Shown in pieces: positions 24,617 through 33,038 of a stretch of DNA of 64,000 nucleotides; the stretch's first letter is position 1, and every line of letters begins with the position of its first letter. A program made the translations under genes and the position numbers. Below the pieces are notes generated by a model. That model was given only the letters and a program-made list of their open reading frames with translations, was not told the DNA's origin and did no database searches. The stretch is taken from the sequence record NC_042081.1; one strand, written 5' to 3'.

Positions 24617-25484
24617 CTATGCTATTTAAAATCTTTTTAGCTTCATTTTCCATAATAGATCGTTCAATATTGTTAGATGTGAAATCATCTATAATACCCA
24701 TTACCGTTCTACTAATTTCATTCTGTTCAGTATTTGAAATTAATACCAATCCGACAATTTCTTTAGCAACTTCAATAGGCGTCATAGCATCTAATGGGCC
24801 AAATGAAATTTGTAATAGGTCATCAATATTCCTTTTACCAACACGTAATCCTGCATTAACTAGTTCCATAGCTAACTTAAATGATGCGCGCGTATGAATA
24901 CGAATAAGGCGATTAATTAAATTAATCCGTTCAACATTACTTACATTGCCATATGCTTGACCACGGGTAGTAAGTACTGACTGAATAAATGATGTAATAT
25001 TACTAATAAGTGTTGGCGATACACTTTCAATTAAGTCAATGATATTTAAGAAATCTACACTTGTATCAATAAGTTCTACCAGATGCGCTAATGTCTCTTC
25101 GGGTGAATATTCAGCTAACAGAATATCATTCACTTCATCTGGAATAATGTAATCTTCTAAACTAAGGAGTGTATTAACAACAGCTTGCCGCTCAGCCTGA
25201 GTTGCTTCATCACTAATTTTAATAAGATGCTCATTTAGAATTTCATCTTGTGCAATGCGAATGATATCATCAATGCGAGAAAGAAGCATTGCATTATCTG
25301 AGATACCTGATTGAATCTGACATACTGTATTTAGTTCATCTAGAGCTGCAACATAATTGATCTTTTCAAAAGATGCTACACAGTCTAGGATAACTTCTTT
25401 ACGCTCTTCATGTATAAGAGGCGTAAGATAACTATCAATGAAATCTTTCATGACGATATCCTTTTTATACGGAATTATTAACAT
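24594..25484 (-). CDS. Hypothetical/virion protein, phiKZ gp79-like (start perhaps 25451)
   Basis: 296-aa helical, acidic ORF coupled to gp80. Confidence 0.6.
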   Translation of the reverse strand: MLIIPYKKDIVMKDFIDSYLTPLIHEERKEVILDCVASFEKINYVAALDELNTVCQIQSGISDNAMLLSRIDDIIRIAQDEILNEHLIKISDEATQAERQAVVNTLLSLEDYIIPDEVNDILLAEYSPEETLAHLVELIDTSVDFLNIIDLIESVSPTLISNITSFIQSVLTTRGQAYGNVSNVERINLINRLIRIHTRASFKLAMELVNAGLRVGKRNIDDLLQISFGPLDAMTPIEVAKEIVGLVLISNTEQNEISRTVMGIIDDFTSNNIERSIMENEAKKILNSIGDTNEIT

Positions 25485-25622
25485 AGGGTTGGACAGATAG
25501 TTATTCTTTAATATAGTGTAAAATTACCAAATGTGTTAAATATATGTTGAACTAATCATTTTTTTCATTTGTCAATTTATATTGGCAAATATTAAATTAA
25601 GCCTCTATCGGAGTATAACAAG

Positions 25623-26117
25623 ATGTCAAATAAAGCTAAAGAACCAACTCTAACTAAAGAACAGGAAAAGACTCTACGTCTATTTGAACGTGCAGTTGGA
25701 GCATCAGCTGCGGCAGCTGATCATATTCTTAACCGTGATGGTTGGGATGTTGTCAATGTACTAGCAGGTTCCGTAGGTAAACGTATTCTACAAACTGAAG
25801 TATTCATTAATCCAGTTATCAATAAGATCAATGAAATCATTCCGACGTTATCTGATCCTACTGGATTCCAAAAGAACTTACAAACAGTTATTGCTGACCT
25901 TAATCGACTAACTAAAATTATCAGTGTCCTATATGTACAACATCAAGGTAAGGTTGGTCCAGCAAATAATGAAGATGAACTAAAACTCATCAGTGAACTT
26001 GTTACTAAATACACTGGTATTGAAGGTGCTATTGAACGCGGTATTGATGGTGTAATCCTAGCGATGATCGGCACTCTTCGAGAAGCTGGTTGGGACGAAA
26101 AACTAATTCAACAATAA
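25623..26117 (+). CDS. Hypothetical protein, phiKZ gp78-like
   Basis: 164 aa with SD GGAG. Confidence 0.6.
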   Translation: MSNKAKEPTLTKEQEKTLRLFERAVGASAAAADHILNRDGWDVVNVLAGSVGKRILQTEVFINPVINKINEIIPTLSDPTGFQKNLQTVIADLNRLTKIISVLYVQHQGKVGPANNEDELKLISELVTKYTGIEGAIERGIDGVILAMIGTLREAGWDEKLIQQ

Positions 26118-26128
26118 TGGAGTTTTAA

Positions 26129-27730
26129 ATGGCTACTGCTGACTTCGATAATGAGTACGATGATACTCCAGAAGAGAATTTACTAGATCAAATTGATGAG
26201 ATCAATGCGCAACACGATCCTGACTCTAGTATTGAAAATAATGACGAGGTGGAAACTCCACCTTTCGTTCCTGATCAAAAAGAAATTAAACTACGTATTC
26301 CACGTAATGCTAAAACTGGAAATATCCGGGATGCTTCTGAACCGGCTATTAAAGATAGTGCTAGCATTCTTACTTTGCTACGTGAGAACCCCCAGACTGT
26401 TTATGATTTCCTGGATCACAATAAAGAACTATTTAAAGCATTTGCTGATAATAAAGTAGATGACACTAGTGATGGTGTAAAGTGGACAGCTGCTATTCTG
26501 GAGGGCTTAGCTCACTCTATTGTTGAAGATTCGCCAATTGGTGCAACTGCCCGAGAAGGCTCTGAATGGTCTAGTGAAATTCCTTATGGTGAAAAGATCA
26601 TTCGACCTGGACGACCTGTATTTAATACCAGTGGTCGTAAAATGACCGATGATGAAACTCTAGTTTTCCTAACACGTAAAGCTAACATCGGTACGCCATA
26701 TGATACTTTCCTACCTCATTCAGGTATTTGGGTAAAACTACGTGCACCTACTGGTACTGAAGTAGCTGCCCTACAAGCACGTCTAGCACAATTAAAGATC
26801 CGGCTAGGCGCTGAATCAAAAGGTATGCTGTTCTCAAACATGGCAGCTGTGTTACTTAACATGGTTAGTAGTTTAGCACTTGCATGTGTTATTCAATCCA
26901 ACTATAAGTTCAACACCCCAACTGATCTAGAGCATGTTATCTCAGTAGCTGATGAGCCGTTCTTGCATCACGCACTAGCGGCGACTATGTATCCAGATGG
27001 ATTTAATTATAGTTATCCATGCATTGCAGATGCCAATACATGTAACCATATTGAAACAGCGAAACTTAATATGTCAACGCTTGTTCAATATGATCTACTG
27101 GCATTCTCAGAAGAACAAAAGAAATATATTGCACGTAAGTTTAATGCATGTACTGAATCTGATCTTAAGACTTATAAAGAAGGATTCCGTATTGAAACTC
27201 AAGTAACTGAAATGTTTGGTGACGTTGGTGTTGTTCTTGAGATGTGTACAATTGCTGATCGCCGAGAGTCTGGTGATAGTTGGATTAACTCAATTATCGA
27301 TATGACTCAAGGTAGTTTTAATGAACCAGTCGATGGTCCGCAACGTTCTCAGTATATTGCACGTTTACAAAAGATCTCTATTGCCCGTCAGTTCTCACAT
27401 TTTGTTAAAGAAATTAAAGTACGTGAAGATGACGATGGTGAAAGTTCTGAAGACAATATTCGTACTGCAACCACTAATCGTGAAACTATTGAAAAGTTCT
27501 TAACTAATATTCTATCCACACCGGAATATAATGACCGCTTTATTAATGCGGTGAGTAACTTCATTGATTCACAACTAATTGGAATGATTGCAATTACAAG
27601 TTGGAATTGTCCAGTATGTGAGTCACCTGCCGCTACTAAATTTAAAGAACGTTTCCCACACCTAATCCCTATTGACATGCTGTCAACTTTTTTTACTTTG
27701 GCGGCCTCGAAGTCAAACCGGATGGTGTAG
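26129..27730 (+). CDS. Conserved protein, phiKZ gp77-like; candidate tail/baseplate assembly chaperone (zero frame of a frameshift pair)
   Basis: 533 aa, SD GGAG, two Cys pairs (C..(6)..C and CPVC), U7 slippery run 10 codons before the stop. Confidence 0.7.
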   Translation: MATADFDNEYDDTPEENLLDQIDEINAQHDPDSSIENNDEVETPPFVPDQKEIKLRIPRNAKTGNIRDASEPAIKDSASILTLLRENPQTVYDFLDHNKELFKAFADNKVDDTSDGVKWTAAILEGLAHSIVEDSPIGATAREGSEWSSEIPYGEKIIRPGRPVFNTSGRKMTDDETLVFLTRKANIGTPYDTFLPHSGIWVKLRAPTGTEVAALQARLAQLKIRLGAESKGMLFSNMAAVLLNMVSSLALACVIQSNYKFNTPTDLEHVISVADEPFLHHALAATMYPDGFNYSYPCIADANTCNHIETAKLNMSTLVQYDLLAFSEEQKKYIARKFNACTESDLKTYKEGFRIETQVTEMFGDVGVVLEMCTIADRRESGDSWINSIIDMTQGSFNEPVDGPQRSQYIARLQKISIARQFSHFVKEIKVREDDDGESSEDNIRTATTNRETIEKFLTNILSTPEYNDRFINAVSNFIDSQLIGMIAITSWNCPVCESPAATKFKERFPHLIPIDMLSTFFTLAASKSNRMV

Positions 27731-28191
27731 TTAATGATCTGAGATATAGTCGTCTTGAGGCCACTTTCAAGGAAGATAGTGGTCACATCCTACATCCAAA
27801 CTTTGGTTATGATAAGTTAACTGAAGATGATACACACTTAGATAGACTATTATCGACAGTAGGGGCAGTAAGACCGTCTACAGCAGCACGTTTAACAAGA
27901 GAAGCATATCTACTTGATTACGATATCGGTTCACCAGAAAACGGACCCATGTGGTTAAATAAGGTAAATCCTAAAGAGGACTTTATCGAAGGTGGGTTGA
28001 GAAGGAGACTGACTAGAGATTTCTTCAAGTATAAAGTAGGTAGCTTATCTAATATGTCATTAACTGAATTCTTTGAATTAGCTTATTCTGAGGTAGAATA
28101 CATAATTGAATTATGTAGAAATATTACCCATAATGAAGCTGTTAATAACAATAACCAGTTAAATGAATTAAACAAGCCGTTAACTAAATAA
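27676..28191 (+). CDS. -1 frame extension of the gp77-like gene (ORF track reports only the last 80 aa from ATG 27949)
   Basis: Frame is open from 27676 to 28191 with no ATG/GTG/TTG for the first 91 codons; entered by a -1 slip at T TTT TTT 27688-27694. Confidence 0.7.
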   Translation, partial: HAVNFFYFGGLEVKPDGVVNDLRYSRLEATFKEDSGHILHPNFGYDKLTEDDTHLDRLLSTVGAVRPSTAARLTREAYLLDYDIGSPENGPMWLNKVNPKEDFIEGGLRRRLTRDFFKYKVGSLSNMSLTEFFELAYSEVEYIIELCRNITHNEAVNNNNQLNELNKPLTK

Positions 28192-28208
28192 AAAAAAATA
28201 AAGACAGG

Positions 28209-28230
28209 CCCCTCTCCATGTGGAGAGGGG
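28209..28230. terminator. Bidirectional terminator
   Basis: CCCCTCTCCA-TG-TGGAGAGGGG followed by TTTATGTCG, between convergent genes. Confidence 0.8.
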
Positions 28231-28241
28231 TTTATGTCGCC

Positions 28242-28385
28242 TTACTTACGTGCAAAGCTAGCTACAAGACCTTTGATAGCTAGAGCGACCATCCAGGCCG
28301 TTAACCCCTTCATTGGGCGGATATCAACCCGTTCTTCGATATCCAGATTGCCCTCACTATTGATTACCTCAATTCGTACTTGCAT
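28242..28385 (-). CDS. 47-aa microprotein with a hydrophobic C-terminal helix (below the ORF-track cutoff)
   Basis: SD AAGGAG then ATG; MQVRIEVINSEGNLDIEERVDIRPMKGLTAWMVALAIKGLVASFARK*. Confidence 0.7.
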   Translation of the reverse strand: MQVRIEVINSEGNLDIEERVDIRPMKGLTAWMVALAIKGLVASFARK

Positions 28386-28444
28386 GGTCTACTCCTTATC
28401 AGGGTGGGATATGATATTCAAAAGTCTTTTGATATAAAGATGGC

Positions 28445-28477
28445 ATATTACCCCACCAATAAAAGGCGGGGTAATAT
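28445..28477. terminator. Hairpin between the small membrane ORFs
   Basis: ATATTACCCC...GGGGTAATAT, 10-bp arms. Confidence 0.6.
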
Positions 28478-28480
28478 TTA

Positions 28481-28675
28481 TTAAACCATCAGATATCCTA
28501 ATGGGAATAAAGCAAAGAAGCCATATAAAACAACAAGCAGTGTCTTTTGGCGAACATACCGGGATTTAATACTATCTTTATCTAAGTCAAACTTGACATA
28601 AAGATAAATCTGATAACTTTTATATCCCATACTAGCCACAAGGGCTATTACTATAAGTTGACACAAAAAGACCAT
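28481..28675 (-). CDS. Small membrane protein (2 predicted TM helices)
   Basis: 64 aa with two hydrophobic stretches separated by a charged loop. Confidence 0.65.
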   Translation of the reverse strand: MVFLCQLIVIALVASMGYKSYQIYLYVKFDLDKDSIKSRYVRQKTLLVVLYGFFALFPLGYLMV

Positions 28676-28730
28676 AGTGGGATGCTCTTATTATTAGAGA
28701 ACAATGATCAATTGTTCTTACATAGCATGT

Positions 28731-28922
28731 CTATTTAATATGCATGATTATCATATTAAATAACCACAACCCTAACATAAGGGTAAACATACTGCAAATC
28801 AAGCCACTTACAATCATTGCTTTTTGTTTGATTGTTTTAGCAGCAGCAAGAAATATAATTGAAGTTATTAATCCACTAAATGCAATTAATAGTGGTACTA
28901 AAAATAACAATACCCGAGCCAT
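28731..28922 (-). CDS. Small membrane protein (2 predicted TM helices)
   Basis: 63 aa, almost entirely hydrophobic; SD GAGGT. Confidence 0.7.
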   Translation of the reverse strand: MARVLLFLVPLLIAFSGLITSIIFLAAAKTIKQKAMIVSGLICSMFTLMLGLWLFNMIIMHIK

Positions 28923-28934
28923 ATAGACACCTCA

Positions 28935-29192
28935 TCAAAATAGATAAGTTGTACATGTCAGTGAATAGTTAGTCCAGCAACTAACAATAGTACTTACCCA
29001 TATGGTAACTAATACAATGCTTACGGAGAGAAAAAGCATAGCGTACTGGCATGCACTTTTATTAAAGATATCTTTAAACTCAAGATATGTTTTAATAATA
29101 AATATCAGCATGCATGTTAGAAGAATATCAACTAAGATCAAAGTACTGACTAGAAGCCATGTTGCACCAAAGATCTGATCAACTGTATACAT
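28935..29192 (-). CDS. Small membrane protein (2 predicted TM helices); likely start MYTVDQ at 29192
   Basis: ATG overlaps the upstream stop as TAATG; the ORF track extends it to 29207. Confidence 0.7.
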   Translation of the reverse strand: MYTVDQIFGATWLLVSTLILVDILLTCMLIFIIKTYLEFKDIFNKSACQYAMLFLSVSIVLVTIWVSTIVSCWTNYSLTCTTYLF

Positions 29193-29257
29193 TATTTCCA
29201 CTCCCATAGTTTATAAGCTATAACTACAATTGTAATCATAATCAATTTTTTCTTCAT
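29192..29257 (-). CDS. 21-aa single-pass membrane micropeptide
   Basis: MKKKLIMITIVVIAYKLWEWK*, SD-like AGGG, first ORF after the early-type promoter, stop overlaps the next ATG. Confidence 0.55.
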   Translation of the reverse strand: MKKKLIMITIVVIAYKLWEWK

Positions 29258-29286
29258 TGTAAATACCCTATAGTTTTATCACATTT

Positions 29287-29303
29287 GTGATATACTGTTT
29301 AAA
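29287..29303 (-). promoter_or_regulatory. Early-type promoter (TTTAAACAGTATATCAC)
   Basis: Matches the known phiKZ early TATATTAC core with an upstream TTTAA element. Confidence 0.6.
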
Positions 29304-29338
29304 ATGCTTTAAATACAAAAAATAAAAAAAAAAGCATA

Positions 29339-29362
29339 ATCCCTCCCAACTAAGGGAGGGAT
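29339..29362. terminator. Terminator after the helicase gene
   Basis: ATCCCTCCC-AACTAA-GGGAGGGAT flanked by CATA and TTTATGCC. Confidence 0.75.
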
Positions 29363-29377
29363 CATTTATGCCATTTA

Positions 29378-30991
29378 CTATAAACGCATCATGCGCATAC
29401 TTTTAGTTTTACCCATGAAATGATTTTCTTTATTTCTAGCGTATCTGCAATGATGAGGTATGTTATTACAAACCATGAATGTTAACCTTGGTATTACATC
29501 AGGCCAGTTCTTCAATGGTCTTAGTCGTCCAAGAATTTGGATGCTGTCCTTTTTAGAGTCAGTTGCTTGTAATAGAATAACTTCCCTTAAATTCCTAATA
29601 TCAACACCAGTACCAGATGATTTAATAGTTGATACAGTGATGTCATTAGTCATTAATCTATCATACGGACTACCCGAAACATGTCTATTAATCTGAAGAT
29701 CTGGATATTGTTTCTTAAGATAATCTGTCAGTACATCGATAAAGTTTACAGTCGCGCATAATAGCAAACATTTCTGACCTTCAATACGATCCTTTATATA
29801 AACACCATCTACAATACGTTTAACCATCTTTAGATAGAAGTCTAGTCGCCTAGGGTTCTTCATCATTACTGTTTCATAACGAGCATGGTTATATGTATTT
29901 TTAAATGGAGTTAAATAGTCCTTAGGTTTAATAGTTGGTTCACTATATAACAAGCCAATAACATTGATGTATGAGTCATATGCAGGTAACCTACACTTTG
30001 TAGTAGCAGGTAGCATGACATCAATCATTTTAGTAACAAACTGATTACCAGTGTATGGAGTAGCTGATAAATAGATTTGTTTATTGACATTGGTATATAG
30101 ATCAGTACGAAATACTAATCCTGGATCTTCTTGAATCTCATCATTGATCTGCCAACCTGCTCCAATAACCTCATGGAATCTAGGTGGCGGTACATTAAAT
30201 CCAACTACATCGATTTTTTCACCTAATCGTTCAAAAGTATCGATATATGCACGGTATGTTGTAGAACTAATGAGAATAATTTCAACACCTTCTAAATCAT
30301 TCTCTAGTCCGCGATTAATTAGATTCTGTAACTCAGCAGATCCAGATACTTTTAAATATTTTATACCTAGCTGATCTTCATAACCAACAAATGTTTCTTT
30401 TAATGCTTTCTCCCAAATACCGAAATATTTAGGTGGAATCATAACAACACCACGTTCTTTCATTACTGCAACTGAAGCTAAACTAGTTAAGGTTTTACCT
30501 TTACCAGTCTGTAAGTCAACACGGGCTGAATGTAAATGTGGTCTTAGAATATCTTCGCGGATGGTTTCCTGATAATCCCTTAGAACATAATGTTCAAATA
30601 AAGTATAGTCTACTTTAACAGCTGTTGGTACAGGAATATCTACAATTTCAATTCTAGTAGATGGTATATTCTTATCGGCTAGATAATTAATAAGTTCTTG
30701 AAGACATTCACGATGGATGAATACGGATTTACCATCTTCTGTTTCACCATAATATTTTTTCTTTATTTCCATTATGGTGCGCTGGCCAGGTATCTTCTTA
30801 GGTTCTTTTAAAACCAGTTTATTAAGATATCCAGTCATCTTTAAGTATGTTTCCCGATCGTAACCGGATAAACGAACACCATGGGTGTATCGTTCTGCTG
30901 TAAGAATCGGTTTCATAAAAAAATCAACGATCGGTAAGGGGAGCAGTGCTCCCCAAACCTCACGTCCTCCACGTCTATCGCAGTTTACCAC
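29378..30991 (-). CDS. SF2 DNA/RNA helicase, phiKZ gp75-like (start perhaps 30916)
   Basis: Walker A QTGKGKT, DEIQ box, SAT motif III, QILGRLR motif VI. Confidence 0.9.
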   Translation of the reverse strand: MVNCDRRGGREVWGALLPLPIVDFFMKPILTAERYTHGVRLSGYDRETYLKMTGYLNKLVLKEPKKIPGQRTIMEIKKKYYGETEDGKSVFIHRECLQELINYLADKNIPSTRIEIVDIPVPTAVKVDYTLFEHYVLRDYQETIREDILRPHLHSARVDLQTGKGKTLTSLASVAVMKERGVVMIPPKYFGIWEKALKETFVGYEDQLGIKYLKVSGSAELQNLINRGLENDLEGVEIILISSTTYRAYIDTFERLGEKIDVVGFNVPPPRFHEVIGAGWQINDEIQEDPGLVFRTDLYTNVNKQIYLSATPYTGNQFVTKMIDVMLPATTKCRLPAYDSYINVIGLLYSEPTIKPKDYLTPFKNTYNHARYETVMMKNPRRLDFYLKMVKRIVDGVYIKDRIEGQKCLLLCATVNFIDVLTDYLKKQYPDLQINRHVSGSPYDRLMTNDITVSTIKSSGTGVDIRNLREVILLQATDSKKDSIQILGRLRPLKNWPDVIPRLTFMVCNNIPHHCRYARNKENHFMGKTKSMRMMRL

Positions 30992-33008
30992 CTTTAACTA
31001 GTAAGTCATATGGATGGTCATTCCTCATCTTGTTAAGGAAACTGCCTGGGTTATTTAGTGGCTCATGCTGCTTTTCGAAAGCCATCGCACCACCTAAACT
31101 ACGACATTGCATTAGCCTATTATATTTTTCAAATTGGCCATTAATACCGGGTTTAGGTAAGCGATAGTCTCGATATTGAGCTGAACGGATCATCATAGCG
31201 TATATCAAGATCTCACAATGGGAAATATTAAGGCTAATCTTTTCATTAGCCATTGTTGCAAATACAGGTAGTGCTTCAATTGGTGACTTGTAGTTTTTAA
31301 GATACGTTTTAGACGTATATCCAACTTTCTCAGTGCTTAGTTTACCTGCCTCAGCTGAGTCACTACCAGAATGTAAGAAACTTTGGAATCGTTTCATTAC
31401 TTCATACATGTTCACGTGCTTATTTGGTAGCGTCAAGAATGGTAGGTTAAAATCAAAACCACGAAGACTAATGACGATATTGTCTCGCTGATCTAGTTCC
31501 CAACGGACCATCTTAATATGCTTTAGCATTTCAATAGATAGACTAGCCCTACGGTTATACAGTGATACTGTCAGAACATCGCCACACTCACCATTCACCT
31601 CGTCGTCATAGACTAGGGCCAGGCTGGTTAGTTCAGTAGCTGAAGTAGCTGGATATGCAGTAAGGTCATCAATCATTAAAATGTCAGCAAGGTTTTCTGC
31701 CTCTGACCGTGCGATTACTAAACGATAATCCTTCTGAGTAAGTTCTTTCTTTAGGTATAGTGTCTCTGGGATTTCACCTGTTCTTAAATAATTGCTTTCA
31801 ATTTTACCAAGTTTATATTGTTCTACAGCAGAAGATGCATCGGTGTGTTTAGTAGATAATACTGCTGAAGTAATTTTATCCCCCATCGATACAGCTGCAA
31901 CCTGACCGATATTAGTTCCTTTTGGAATATTGATACCTAGTCGGCCATAACAAGTCATACAGATACCCTGACTATCTGGATGATTACATCCAAATACAGA
32001 CCTGAATTTCTGTTTAGTTCCAATTAGGTGTGTTTCATTTCCACGGATCCAGTCTAGTTTACCATCTTCTTTTTGATAATATTTTCCTTTGAATGCTTTT
32101 AAAGTTAACTTAGTTACAGGATACTCAGCTAAGATTGTAGTCTTACAATCACCAGGATGTAGCCTTTGGACATATTGTGCAATAAGTTGAGATTTCCGGT
32201 TAAAGTATTCAGTTACTCGTAGTAGTTCTTTGTTATATAGTAGTGCTTTAGTACCTGAACGAGATTCAATCATATTCTCATACAGATTCCAAATACCATC
32301 AATATAGCCAGTCGTTACCGGATATTTAAAGATGTCTGAGTTAATATCAGTTGGAAAGCCCCGCCAAGCAAATGCCTGTAGAAGCTGTTCAGTTTTCTGA
32401 GTACCAGAACGAAGACCTTCAATGATGCTATTACCAATGAATTGGGTAGGATCATTAAATACTTCTTTGACTTTACCATAACTAATTTTTTCGATACCAT
32501 AAGTAGTTGGTTCGATATTATGGTTAGCCTCACGTACTTTGGGATGATTATATACTTCAGCAATATCAAACATTGACAAGGTCGCTAGATATTCAGACAG
32601 TTTCACAGTGGTCTGATTATACAGCCAGTTCTTACCTTCAATAGCCAGTTTAGATAATACTTCAGGATCTACTGTTTCACCTGACCAATCATAGATATTC
32701 CAAATAGCCTTATTTAAATGCTTGACCATGGCTTTAGATGTTACTCGGCCACCTTCAACATTTAGATAATCTTTAGGGTTATCAGTTAAGATGCGATTGA
32801 AATCGATATGGTGATCAGATGGAATTGGGCAATCTTTATAATGTTTAAGAGGATACCAACACAGAACGGATAATTTGGTGATACGGTCAACTGACACAAC
32901 CGTTTTTCCATCATCAAATTCGATTAGATGCCATTCTGAAGGGAGTGACCATAAATCATCATAACTTAGATTTAGAAGATCACGCGCTTTATAACGATTA
33001 AGATTCAT
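30975..33008 (-). CDS. rpoC: Non-virion RNA polymerase beta'-like C-terminal subunit, phiKZ gp74-like
   Basis: Bridge-helix region, Zn site DC..RSVFGC..CMTCYG, trigger loop NIGQVAAVSMGDKITSAVLSTKH. Confidence 0.9.
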   Translation of the reverse strand: MNLNRYKARDLLNLSYDDLWSLPSEWHLIEFDDGKTVVSVDRITKLSVLCWYPLKHYKDCPIPSDHHIDFNRILTDNPKDYLNVEGGRVTSKAMVKHLNKAIWNIYDWSGETVDPEVLSKLAIEGKNWLYNQTTVKLSEYLATLSMFDIAEVYNHPKVREANHNIEPTTYGIEKISYGKVKEVFNDPTQFIGNSIIEGLRSGTQKTEQLLQAFAWRGFPTDINSDIFKYPVTTGYIDGIWNLYENMIESRSGTKALLYNKELLRVTEYFNRKSQLIAQYVQRLHPGDCKTTILAEYPVTKLTLKAFKGKYYQKEDGKLDWIRGNETHLIGTKQKFRSVFGCNHPDSQGICMTCYGRLGINIPKGTNIGQVAAVSMGDKITSAVLSTKHTDASSAVEQYKLGKIESNYLRTGEIPETLYLKKELTQKDYRLVIARSEAENLADILMIDDLTAYPATSATELTSLALVYDDEVNGECGDVLTVSLYNRRASLSIEMLKHIKMVRWELDQRDNIVISLRGFDFNLPFLTLPNKHVNMYEVMKRFQSFLHSGSDSAEAGKLSTEKVGYTSKTYLKNYKSPIEALPVFATMANEKISLNISHCEILIYAMMIRSAQYRDYRLPKPGINGQFEKYNRLMQCRSLGGAMAFEKQHEPLNNPGSFLNKMRNDHPYDLLVKGGKLR

Positions 33009-33038
33009 TATTTACCTCTTGTATTATTAAACCCCTGA

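Noticed and set aside
30916-30960. T7 run and GGGGAGC/GCTCCCC hairpin before the helicase start, as a possible third frameshift
   Set aside because: The frame that would feed a -1 slip is not the gp74 frame and has no usable start; more likely a weak attenuator or chance.
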